Assembly: GCA_020849615.1 (NCBI GenBank)
Contig: JADLFW010000018.1
Coordinates: 55,722 to 119,721 of the forward strand
Direction of reading: 5' to 3'
DNA from: Phycisphaerales bacterium
GTDB lineage: Bacteria > Planctomycetota > Phycisphaerae > Phycisphaerales > UBA1924
DNA: 64,000 nucleotides
The notes beneath the pieces were generated by a model. That model did no database searches and was not told the origin of the DNA. It saw only the letters and a program-made list of their open reading frames with translations. Positions 26,468 to 34,832 of the stretch are shown here, in pieces. Within the stretch, counting starts at the first letter, position 1, and each line of letters opens with the position of its first letter. A program made the translations under genes and the position numbers.

Positions 26468-27628
26468 TCAGCAACCCGCGTCGTAGAAGTTGAGGAACTC
26501 GAGGTAGTCGGCAAAGTCCACGAACCCATCGTGGTTGAAGTCCACCCGCGGATTCTGCGCGTTGTAGAGGTTCAGGAACTCCAGGTAGTCGGCGAAATCT
26601 ACCAGCCCATCATCGTTGAGGTCCGCGGGGCAGTGCGTGAACATCCACACCGAGCCGACGCCATCGGCGATGTAGAGCGTGGGGTTGCCGTGCATGGCGT
26701 ACGGGCCCGTCGTCACGAACATCGGGTACGCCGCGCCCGGCAACCCGCGGGCGAACGGCAGGACGGTCCCGCCGGGCAGGATGAGGTCCACATCGCCGGT
26801 GATGTCGTTGCAGGCATAGAGCGCGTACCCGAAGTAGGGATCGCCGGGCGAGAAGGCGATCCCGGCGAGGCCCGGGCCGAGCCAGGCCAGGGGCAGGGAG
26901 GGCCAGCCGCGGAAATCGACGCTGACCACCGCGCCGGCCCGGTGCGTGCTGACCCAGAGCGGGTTCATCCCGAACCCTCGGGCGAGGTCGAACGTGAAGT
27001 AGCGCGGATCGTCGAAGGGCAGCTCGCACCAGAGCCGCGGCGCGCTCAGCGGCGGGATCTGGATGATGCCATCGCTGGCATCACCGCCCCAGTCCGAGAC
27101 ATACATGTAGCCGCCGTAGACGGGGGTGCGGTCGATCTGCACCTGCGAGTGGCCCGGGTTGGCCAGGAGCTGCATCGATGGGTGCCACGATCCGCCCGGC
27201 AGCACGCGCACCAGGAACGGCTCGATCAGCGTGCCGAGCTGACCGACGTACATGCGCTCCGGGCCGCCGAATAACCCCGGGGTCGGCGCTGGCATGTTGG
27301 CCGTCGGCCCGTCGAGGTCCACGCCGAACGCCCCGCCGCCGAACAGGCCGAATGGGCTGGTGTAGGGATGGGCCGCACCGTCGGCGTCGATGCGGATGAT
27401 GTCCCGCCCCGCCTGCTCGGAGATGTACATGAACCCGCCGTGGCGCCCGCCCGGCGCATCAATCAGGCCGAACCGGGGCTCCGCGAGCGCGGGCTGCCCG
27501 GCGGCTACGCCCGCGAAGGGCAAGGCGCTGATGCCGGGCCGAAGCACGACGGGTTCCAGGTCGTGGGCGCCGGCCGGGCCGGCGAGGGCCAGCACGCCCA
27601 GCACTCCCGATGTGATGGCGTGTTTCAT
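26468..27628 (-). CDS. Secreted protein, family A passenger, with dockerin-like C-terminal module ending in GC
   Basis: ATG 27628 preceded by GAGGAG. Signal peptide MKHAITSGVLGVLALAGPAGA. C-terminus reads HCPADLNDDGLVDFADYLEFLNLYNAQNPRVDFNHDGFVDFADYLEFLNFYDAGC. Confidence 0.85.
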   Translation of the reverse strand: MKHAITSGVLGVLALAGPAGAHDLEPVVLRPGISALPFAGVAAGQPALAEPRFGLIDAPGGRHGGFMYISEQAGRDIIRIDADGAAHPYTSPFGLFGGGAFGVDLDGPTANMPAPTPGLFGGPERMYVGQLGTLIEPFLVRVLPGGSWHPSMQLLANPGHSQVQIDRTPVYGGYMYVSDWGGDASDGIIQIPPLSAPRLWCELPFDDPRYFTFDLARGFGMNPLWVSTHRAGAVVSVDFRGWPSLPLAWLGPGLAGIAFSPGDPYFGYALYACNDITGDVDLILPGGTVLPFARGLPGAAYPMFVTTGPYAMHGNPTLYIADGVGSVWMFTHCPADLNDDGLVDFADYLEFLNLYNAQNPRVDFNHDGFVDFADYLEFLNFYDAGC

Positions 27629-27720
27629 GATGGTCTCCTCGGGGCCCGGTCCTTCGCGCGGCCGCCCGCCGGGCCCGTTCCGGGCGGTCGGCATTGTCGG
27701 GGTTGGGCGCGGTCGTGTGT

Positions 27721-28896
27721 TCAGCAGCCGGCGTTGTAGGAGTTCAGAAACTCGAGGTAGTCGCTGAAGTCCACCAGCCCGTCGCCCGTGTAGTCCACGC
27801 GCAGGTCGCCCGCATCGTACAGGTTCAGGAACTCCAGGTAGTCGGCGAAATCAACCAGCGTGTCGTCGTTCAGGTCCGCCGCGCAGGGCGTGAACATCCA
27901 AACGGTCCCGCTCGCGCAGTCCGCCACATACAGCGTCGGCCGACCGCGTACCGCGTACGGGCCGATCGTCACGAACATCGGATAGGCCGCGCACGGGAGC
28001 CCGCTCGCGAACGGCAATACCTGCCCGCCCGGCATCACGATGTCGATCATCCCCTGGATCATGTTGCCCACGTACAGCCCGGTCCCGAAGTGGGCGCCGC
28101 CGGGCCCGAAGGCCAGCCCGGCCGCTCCCGGTGTCAGCACCGCCAGCGGAGGGGTGACCGCCCCGCCCGGCATGATGGAGAACACCGCGCCGGTCGCGAA
28201 CGAGCTCACCCAAAGGCCCGCCGGGCCGTAGCCCGTCGCGCCGCCCGAGGCGTCGAACGTGAAGTAGCGGGGGTCGACCCCCGGCAGCGGCGCCCACAGT
28301 GCGGCTCCGCCCGCCGGGCTCAGGAAGAAGATGCCGTCCGAGCCGTCACCGCCCCAGTCGCTGGCGTGCAGCACGCCGCCGTAGGCGAAGCCAGGCGTGC
28401 GGTCGAACTCCAGGTGCCAGGCGCCCGGCGTCGCCGGCACCACGAGCGCCGGGCCCCAGCCCCCACCCGGGCGCACACTGATCAGCGGCATCGGCACCGG
28501 CCCGATCTGCCCGGCCAGCACGGTCGCCGGGCCGCCGAACGCGCCCAGCGTCGGGAACGGCAGGTTCGCCAGCGGCGCGTCCTGGTCGACGCCGAACGAT
28601 CCGCTGGGGAACGGGCCGAACAGGCTGGTGTATGGCCACACGCGGCCCGTCCCGTCAACGTGGACGAGATCGTTGCCCCCCAGCTCGCTGAGCATCAGCA
28701 TGCCGCCGTGCGGGCCGCCCGGCAGTTCGATGAACCCGCCGACCGGGTTGAACAGCGGCGCCGTCCCCGCGGCAAGCCCCGCGAACGGCGCGACCTTGAT
28801 TCCGGGCTGGTGCACGACCGGCTCGAAGTTCTGCGCGGCCGCCCACGGCGCAAGGGCACAAAGCAATGACATCCCCATGAGCGCAGCGAGTTTCAC
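27721..28896 (-). CDS. Secreted protein, family A passenger, with dockerin-like C-terminal module
   Basis: GTG 28896 preceded by AAGGAGG. Signal peptide KLAALMGMSLLCALAPWAAA. Collinear with the 26468 and 30749 genes (EPVV..PGI..PFAG.., PYT..FGPF). C-terminus reads PCAADLNDDTLVDFADYLEFLNLYDAGDLRVDYTGDGLVDFSDYLEFLNSYNAGC. Confidence 0.85.
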   Translation of the reverse strand: MKLAALMGMSLLCALAPWAAAQNFEPVVHQPGIKVAPFAGLAAGTAPLFNPVGGFIELPGGPHGGMLMLSELGGNDLVHVDGTGRVWPYTSLFGPFPSGSFGVDQDAPLANLPFPTLGAFGGPATVLAGQIGPVPMPLISVRPGGGWGPALVVPATPGAWHLEFDRTPGFAYGGVLHASDWGGDGSDGIFFLSPAGGAALWAPLPGVDPRYFTFDASGGATGYGPAGLWVSSFATGAVFSIMPGGAVTPPLAVLTPGAAGLAFGPGGAHFGTGLYVGNMIQGMIDIVMPGGQVLPFASGLPCAAYPMFVTIGPYAVRGRPTLYVADCASGTVWMFTPCAADLNDDTLVDFADYLEFLNLYDAGDLRVDYTGDGLVDFSDYLEFLNSYNAGC

Positions 28897-29063
28897 GTCG
28901 CTCCTCCTTTCGCGATGGTGCGGAGAACGGCGTGCCGGCCATCGCGGGGAACTCACCGGTCCGGGCCCGGCCCGCCCCGATGCCCCCGGGGAGCAATGGC
29001 CCGCCCACGCCGCTGAGCGGGGGCGCGCCGCTGCTTGTCATCGCGCGATGCAGGTCTGCACAC

Positions 29064-30659
29064 TCAGCACCCCGCGTCGTAGTAGTTCAGGAACTCGAGA
29101 TAGTCGCTGAAGTCGACCAGCCCGTCCTTGTTGTAGTCGACCCGCGGGTCTTGGATGTCGTAGTAGTTCAGGAACTCAAGGTAGTCGGCGAAGTCGACCA
29201 GGCCATCGCCGTTGAGATCGGCCGGGCAGCCGCCCGAGACGGTCAGCGTGGCCGGGTCGCTGGTCGCGCTGCCGCAAGGGTTGGTGAAGATGATGGTGTA
29301 TTCACCCGCATCGGACGGGCGGACCCCTTCGATCGTCAGAACAGCTGGCGTGCCGTCGGTGGGGGAGGGCAGGGAGCCCGATGCGCCGATGACCGTGCCG
29401 CCGCCGGGCGAAGCACCGCCGGGCCCGTTGACGACATCAACTCCGTCACGCTGCCAGCGCCACGCGACGTTCGCGTAGCCGTCGGCCGGGATGGACGTGA
29501 AGCCGGCGACCGAACCGCCGTTGACGCCCTGGGCCTCAGGCTGAACCGCGATCCACGGCTTGGGCAGATCGGACCAGCGGGCGATGTGGTCGGCCGACAG
29601 TCCACCCGCAAGCACGAAGTTCCCGCCCGCGATCAGTTCGCCGCTGCCCATCACTGCCATCCCTTGGGCGGCTGAATTCAACCCTGTGCCCAGCGGCGAC
29701 CATGTTGCGCCGTTCCATCGGGCGATGTTGTTGGCAAACGCGCCACCCGCCATCCAGAAATCTCCGGCCGCGATCAGATCGCCGCTCGGCAGGCGGGCCA
29801 GCGCGAGTACAGGGCCGTTGGTTCCTGAACCGACAGGCGCCCACGCAGAGTCATCCCAGCGAGCGACTCTGCTGACAGCGACGCCGCCGGCGGTCGTGAA
29901 CATTCCTCCCGCGGCGAGTTTGCCATCGAGGAAGGGCACGAGCGCGTGAACCGTGTTGTTCATTCCCGACCCCAGCGGCGACCACTCTTCGCCATTCCAG
30001 CGAGCAATCCTGTTCGCCGCCACGCCGCCCGCGATCGTGAAGTCGCCACCTGCGACCAGGTCTCCGCCCGGCAGCACGGCGAGCGTGTGCACCGCGTCAT
30101 TCATCCCCGACCCCAGGGGAAGCCAAGCGGAGCCATTCCATCGGGCAATTCTGCCGACGGGCACGCCGCCCGCGGAAGTGAAGGAGCCGGCGGCGACAAG
30201 ACCGTCGCGGAAGGTGGCCAGCGCGGCCACTTCGCCGTTGGTCCCCGAACCGAGCGGCAGCCACTCCGAGCCGTTCCAGAGCGCGACATTGTTCGCCGCG
30301 ACGCCCCCGGCCGTTGAGAAGATGCCTCCAGCGGCCACGCTCCCGCCCGACACGACGGCCAGCGAAGTTACATAGGAGTCGTGCCACGACATGCCCGAGC
30401 CGAGCGGTGACCACGAAACGCCGTTCCAGCTGGCGATGTCGTTGGCCGATACCCCGCCCGCGTCAGGAAAATGTCCGCCCGCGATCAGCAGACCGTCGGG
30501 CGTGACGACAACGGCGTAAACCTCCGATGTGCTGCCTGCCCCGATCCCATCCATCGGCAGCCACTGCGGCTGACACTGCGCGGCAGCCGGGGCAGCCGCC
30601 AGGCCCAGCACCACGGATCCGATGGCCCCAAGCGCCCGAACCGATCTCGACTTGTTCAT
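29064..30659 (-). CDS. Secreted beta-propeller repeat protein with an Ig-like domain and dockerin-like C-terminal module
   Basis: ATG 30659. Signal peptide MNKSRSVRALGAIGSVVLGLAAAPAAA. About nine IA(R/S)WNGxxWxPLGSG repeats. Ig-like segment ends GEYTIIFTNPCGSATSDPATLTV. C-terminus reads GCPADLNGDGLVDFADYLEFLNYYDIQDPRVDYNKDGLVDFSDYLEFLNYYDAGC. Confidence 0.85.
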   Translation of the reverse strand: MNKSRSVRALGAIGSVVLGLAAAPAAAQCQPQWLPMDGIGAGSTSEVYAVVVTPDGLLIAGGHFPDAGGVSANDIASWNGVSWSPLGSGMSWHDSYVTSLAVVSGGSVAAGGIFSTAGGVAANNVALWNGSEWLPLGSGTNGEVAALATFRDGLVAAGSFTSAGGVPVGRIARWNGSAWLPLGSGMNDAVHTLAVLPGGDLVAGGDFTIAGGVAANRIARWNGEEWSPLGSGMNNTVHALVPFLDGKLAAGGMFTTAGGVAVSRVARWDDSAWAPVGSGTNGPVLALARLPSGDLIAAGDFWMAGGAFANNIARWNGATWSPLGTGLNSAAQGMAVMGSGELIAGGNFVLAGGLSADHIARWSDLPKPWIAVQPEAQGVNGGSVAGFTSIPADGYANVAWRWQRDGVDVVNGPGGASPGGGTVIGASGSLPSPTDGTPAVLTIEGVRPSDAGEYTIIFTNPCGSATSDPATLTVSGGCPADLNGDGLVDFADYLEFLNYYDIQDPRVDYNKDGLVDFSDYLEFLNYYDAGC

Positions 30660-30748
30660 GGTCGTTCTCCCGTTGTGACCATTCGAGCGGCAAAGCGCCG
30701 CCCGCGCGGTCGGGCGGGGGCGGCGCGAACACACGTCGTACCGCGGAC

Positions 30749-31918
30749 TCAGCAGCCCGCGTCGTAGAAGTTGAGGAACTCGAGATAGTCGCTGAAGTCG
30801 ACCAGCCCGTCCTTGTTGTAGTCGACCTTCGGGTCGGCCTGGTTGTACAGGTTCAGGAACGTCAGGTAGTCGCCGAAGTCAACCAGCGAGTCGTCGTTCA
30901 GGTCGGCCGGGCAGTGCACGAACATCCACACCGAGTCGATGCCATCGGCCACGTACAGGGTCGGGTTCCCGCCGTACGCGAAAGGCCCGATCGTCACGAA
31001 CATCGGGTACGCCGCCGACTCCAGACCGCGCGAGAACGGGGTCACCAGCCCACCCGGCATGATGATGTCGATGTCCCCCAGCGCCAGGTTGCAGGCGTAC
31101 AGGCCGATCCCGAAGTACGGGTCGCCCGGGCCGAACGCCAGCCCCTCAAGGTCGGGCTGCAGCACCGCGATCGGCGGCATGGCCATGCCGCCCGGCGTGA
31201 TCGAGAACACCGCGCCCGTCTGGTACGAGCTCACCCACAGGTTGCCGGGCCCGAACCCCGTCGCCCCGCCCGACAGGTCGAACGTGAAGTACCGCGGGTC
31301 GCTGTTGGGGATCGGCGCGAACATCACCGGGCCGGCCGGCGTCACGCGCCAGATCGCATCACTCTGATCGTTGCCCCAGTCGCTCACGTACATGAACCCG
31401 CCGTAGCGGAAGCCGGGTGTGCGGTCGATCTGCAGCTGCGCCATGCCGGGGTTGGCCGGCACCGGCAGCCACGGGATCCACGGCCCGCCCGGCATCACCC
31501 GCATGATCGGCGGCACACCCGCCGGGCTCGGCCCCTGGCCGACGTACAGCATCGCCGGGCCGCCGTACAGCCCCGGCGGGCCGGCCAGCAGGCTCGCGAT
31601 CGGCCCGTCAATGTCGATCCCGAACGCTCCGCCCGGGAACGGGCCGAAGGGCATGGTGTACGGGAACGCGTTGCCCAGCGCGTCGATCCGCACCAGGTCG
31701 TTGCCCGCCAGCTCGGCGATGAGCATCTCGCCGCTGTGCAGCCCGCCCGGCAGATCGATCAGCCCGAACTTCGGCGAGATCAGCGGCGGCTTGCCGGCGT
31801 CAGCCCCCGCGAACGGGAACGCCGAAATGCCGGGCGGCGTGGAGATCACCTGCCCGGCCGCGACCTGCAGGATCGAGATCGCGCCCGCGAACCCCGCGAT
31901 GATGTTCATGGTCTTCAT
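30749..31918 (-). CDS. Secreted protein, family A passenger, with dockerin-like C-terminal module
   Basis: ATG 31918 preceded by AAGGAGG. Signal peptide MKTMNIIAGFAGAISILQVAAG. C-terminus reads HCPADLNDDSLVDFGDYLTFLNLYNQADPKVDYNKDGLVDFSDYLEFLNFYDAGC. Confidence 0.85.
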   Translation of the reverse strand: MKTMNIIAGFAGAISILQVAAGQVISTPPGISAFPFAGADAGKPPLISPKFGLIDLPGGLHSGEMLIAELAGNDLVRIDALGNAFPYTMPFGPFPGGAFGIDIDGPIASLLAGPPGLYGGPAMLYVGQGPSPAGVPPIMRVMPGGPWIPWLPVPANPGMAQLQIDRTPGFRYGGFMYVSDWGNDQSDAIWRVTPAGPVMFAPIPNSDPRYFTFDLSGGATGFGPGNLWVSSYQTGAVFSITPGGMAMPPIAVLQPDLEGLAFGPGDPYFGIGLYACNLALGDIDIIMPGGLVTPFSRGLESAAYPMFVTIGPFAYGGNPTLYVADGIDSVWMFVHCPADLNDDSLVDFGDYLTFLNLYNQADPKVDYNKDGLVDFSDYLEFLNFYDAGC

Positions 31919-32123
31919 GATCAACCTCCTTGCACGGCGCCACGACGCGGTCGCGCCGATGTGCGTTCCGCTCCGCCGATCCACAACCCGATTTCAAAGC
32001 CCCCGGCCCGGACAGGCGGGCCCCCTTGCGAGGTGATCAGAGGTTGACAGCCGGCATCATCCCGAGCCCGGGCCCGGCGATCCACAGGCAATCCGACCTG
32101 TTCAACGCCCCGCTCTGCGGCGG

Positions 32124-32837
32124 TCAGCGCACGGCCATCGTCATCCGCTCGATCGTCCCGGGCGCGATCGTGCGCGGGCGCGGGCCCATTCGCAGGAAGT
32201 TCGCAAGCAGGCGCGGCCCGTGCACCGTCAGGAAGCTCTCGGGGTGGAACTGCACCCCCTCAACCGGCTGGCGCGAGGCATCGCCGAAGATGCGGCGGAG
32301 GCCCATGACGACCTTGCGCTCGCGGTGCGCCTCATCGAGCTCGACCGCCCACGCCGAGACCACCCACCCATCCCGGCCCGGGCCCGGCGGCGGCGGGATC
32401 GTCTCGGGCCGCACCACCAGCGAGTGATACCGCGTTGCCGTGAACGGGTTGGGCAGCCCGGCGAAGACGCCGTGGTCATCGTGGTGGATCTCGCTGGTCT
32501 TGCCGTGCATCTGGATGATGTGGCGTTCGACGGTCATGCCGTTGCCGGCGGCCATGCACTGGTGGCCCAGGCACACACCCAGGATCGGGATCTTGCCGGC
32601 GTACGACTCGATCACCGCCGACGACACGCCCGCCTCGGCGGGTGTGCACGGGCCCGGCGAGATGACGATGTGGCTTGGCCCGCGCCCGCTGTCCAGCCGG
32701 GCCACCTCGTCGGGCGTGATCTTGTCGTTGCGGATGACCAGCAGATCGCGCTCGGGCTCGAGCGAGGGGTCGAGCTCACCCAGCCGCTGAACGAGGTTCC
32801 AGGTGAACGAGTCGTAGTTGTCGATGAGCAGGATCAC
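32124..32837 (-). CDS. trpG: Anthranilate / aminodeoxychorismate synthase component II (glutamine amidotransferase)
   Basis: ILLIDNYDSFTWNLVQ, ISPGPCTP, PILGVCLGHQ, RYHSL and QFHPES are visible. Start set at GTG 32837 (VILLIDNY). The TTG at 32867 would read through a repeat element. I cannot distinguish trpG from pabA. Confidence 0.85.
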   Translation of the reverse strand: MILLIDNYDSFTWNLVQRLGELDPSLEPERDLLVIRNDKITPDEVARLDSGRGPSHIVISPGPCTPAEAGVSSAVIESYAGKIPILGVCLGHQCMAAGNGMTVERHIIQMHGKTSEIHHDDHGVFAGLPNPFTATRYHSLVVRPETIPPPPGPGRDGWVVSAWAVELDEAHRERKVVMGLRRIFGDASRQPVEGVQFHPESFLTVHGPRLLANFLRMGPRPRTIAPGTIERMTMAVR

Positions 32838-32851
32838 GGGGAAGGGTAGGT

Positions 32852-32895
32852 AAATGGCAAAGGGCAAAGAGCAAAGGGCAAATCAGACCGGAACC
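32852..32895 (-). repeat. Dispersed TTTGCC-heptad element, copy ii (degenerate core)
   Basis: aaatggcaaagggcaaagagcaaagggcaaatcagaccggaac. Four 7-nt units NNGGCAA. Lies 15-58 nt upstream of the trpG start. Confidence 0.55.
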
Positions 32896-33059
32896 GAACC
32901 GCGAGCGTGAGCGAGCGGGCCCATATCCCAGGCATGCATCGGCGACCGTGAGGGAGCCGGCAATGGCCGCCAGCTTCACGCGGCCGCCAGCGGAATACCC
33001 GCCGCGACTGCCGAAGCGGTGGTCACGCGCACGACCAGCAGCCGGGGCCACCTGCCGAG

Positions 33060-33148
33060 GATCTCGGTGTCTTGTTCACCCACCGGATACCGAGATCGAA
33101 CCCCGGGGCGGGTTCGATCTCGGTGGCACACTCGAAATCGGTGCCACC
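33060..33148. other. Cluster of three overlapping, mutually exclusive strong hairpins
   Basis: Hairpin 1 pairs 33060-33071 with 33086-33097 (12 bp, one G-U). Hairpin 2 pairs ccgagatcgaaccc (33090-33103) with gggttcgatctcgg (33110-33123), 14 bp perfect. Hairpin 3 pairs ggtggcac (33122-33129) with gtgccacc (33141-33148). Confidence 0.6.
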
Positions 33149-33195
33149 TGCCCCGCGGACGCAGCCCGACGCTGTACAAGCCTGGCCTGTGTGTT

Positions 33196-33412
33196 CGCCG
33201 CGGAACGGTGCGGGGTACCTATGGATCCGCGGACACGCGGGGGACAGAATCGGGGTTCATCGCCGGGCCGCACGGCCCATGCGTTGACCGCTTTCGCCGC
33301 GACCGCCGCCCGTGGGTTCCGTCGCCGAGCGACACGAAGGCCAGCGGCACAGACTCATTTCACGGCCCGACCGGCCCTGTTCGTTCCGCTGATCGGGCGA
33401 AGGAGGTCGATC
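33196..33412 (+). promoter_or_regulatory. Conserved upstream leader, copy A (homologous to 35163-35373)
   Basis: Shared blocks are cgccgcggaacRgtgc, gccgcgaccNNcgcccgtgRgtt and gaaggccagcggcRcagRctcattYca (33336-33362 versus 35300-35326, 24 of 27 identical). AGGAGG at 33401-33406 precedes the ATG. Confidence 0.55.
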
Positions 33413-34411
33413 ATGCAACTGCACATGAGAAGCTTGGTGTGCATCGCCGCGGTGGCCCTGGCACCCCTCGCGGCGCAGGTGTGGGGAAAGCCGCCGGATT
33501 CCCAGAAAGGGCCCGACAAGAAGCGTGAACCGATCCCGGTCAGCAACCCGAACCAACTCGCGATCAAGCGGTGGTATCCGGCCACGCTGGTCGGGAGCGA
33601 GGTGTCGCTGCCCGGGGCCGTCGCGATCGCCTGCGATGGCGCGCACATCTGGGCCGCGCCCCAGGGCGGCGATCAGTTGCTGAAGATCCGGGCCGCGGAC
33701 GGCGAGGTCGTGGCGTCGTACCTGGTGCCGTGGGCCAGCTACAACATGATGACCTTCGACGGGGACTGCCTCTGGATGACGGGCCTGTACGAGCAGAACA
33801 TCGTGAAAGTCCGGGCCGCCGACGGCGAGGTCCTGGGCACCTTCTACGCCGGGGCCTACCCGCGCGGCGTGGCGTTCGACGGCCAGTCCATCTGGGTCGC
33901 GGCCAGCGGCGAAGGCATCATCAGGCGGCTGCTTCCCGACGGCACGATCGACGCCGCGTACCCCGTGGGTGCCGGTCTGTTCGACGTCCTGTACGACGGA
34001 ACATCGTTGTGGGTGAGTTTGTACAACGAGAACGCCGTGAAGCAGGTGCGCCCCGGCGATGGCGCCATCCTGGCGACGGTGCCCGTCGGGGCCGGGCCGA
34101 CTCAGTTGGCGTTCGACGGGGCCCACATCTGGGTCAGCGGCCAGGATTCAGACTCGGTCACCAAGATCACGGCGGCAGACGGCAAGGTCGTCGGCGCATA
34201 CCCCGTGGGTGACGGGCCGTTCGGCATCGTCTTCGACGGCGCCGGCGTCTGGGTGGTCGGCGTGTTTGACAACACGCTCACGAAGCTCCGGGCCTCGGAC
34301 GGCGTGCAGGTCGGCCGGTGGCCGACCGGCGGCAACCCCCTCGGTCTCGCGTTCGACGGCGCGAACGTGTGGGTCACCAGCTACATCAGCGGCACCGTGA
34401 CGAAGTACTGA
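33413..34411 (+). CDS. Secreted beta-propeller repeat protein (YVTN/NHL-like)
   Basis: ATG 33413 after AGGAGG. Signal peptide MQLHMRSLVCIAAVALAPLAAQVWG. About seven repeats of roughly 40 aa of the type DG..(I/L)WV...(V/I)(T/V)K(I/L)RA.DG.V.G.YPVG..P.G..FDG. The long N-terminal extension in ORF 32948..34411 is rejected. Confidence 0.8.
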   Translation: MQLHMRSLVCIAAVALAPLAAQVWGKPPDSQKGPDKKREPIPVSNPNQLAIKRWYPATLVGSEVSLPGAVAIACDGAHIWAAPQGGDQLLKIRAADGEVVASYLVPWASYNMMTFDGDCLWMTGLYEQNIVKVRAADGEVLGTFYAGAYPRGVAFDGQSIWVAASGEGIIRRLLPDGTIDAAYPVGAGLFDVLYDGTSLWVSLYNENAVKQVRPGDGAILATVPVGAGPTQLAFDGAHIWVSGQDSDSVTKITAADGKVVGAYPVGDGPFGIVFDGAGVWVVGVFDNTLTKLRASDGVQVGRWPTGGNPLGLAFDGANVWVTSYISGTVTKY

Positions 34412-34832
34412 GCGGCCACCGGGCCGCGTCGAACTCGGCCCGGGGCGGGCCGGGCCGATGCACGAGGGACTCACGAAGGACAACCGGCTCGTGCGCGAAC
34501 TTGAGTCTGTCTCGGGATGGGCATCCCTGGTTCATGTGCCGAAGACCTGAAGAACAACTCTCGGCGCGGACGAAGAACCTGACCACCGCGCCCCCGTCAT
34601 AATCGCCTCAGTCAACGCCACTGGCCTACCACGCCCGCACGACATACCCCTCGGCCCGGCGCGGGGGCTGCCGTTTGCTGCCCCGGGCCCGCGCTCAGGC
34701 TTGGCTACGCCACCCGGACAAAGACGTAGCCATCGCTTGTTCACTGTGCTTGTCCGGCCATGCGCACACACATGCGTCAGTCACATCATCAATACTCGGT
34801 GCTGACAGTCTCAATGGTGATATAGAGGGGTC

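Noticed and set aside
33110-33130. tRNA fragment or att-site suspicion from GGTTCGATCTCGGTGGCAC (and TTCGATTTCGGTGGCACCA at about 34985-35003)
   Set aside because: The resemblance to a T-arm plus CCA end is superficial. The flanks do not fold into T-stem or acceptor pairings, and no cloverleaf can be drawn. The sequence is part of a palindrome.
32948-33412. N-terminal 155-codon extension of the propeller ORF (32948..34411). The same issue applies to the extensions of ORFs 909..2150, 8017..9882, 36863..38071, 45249..46601, 26468..27694 and 29064..30734.
   Set aside because: The extensions are compositionally junk and contain repeats and hairpins. Internal starts with good SD sequences are followed immediately by signal peptides or canonical N-termini.
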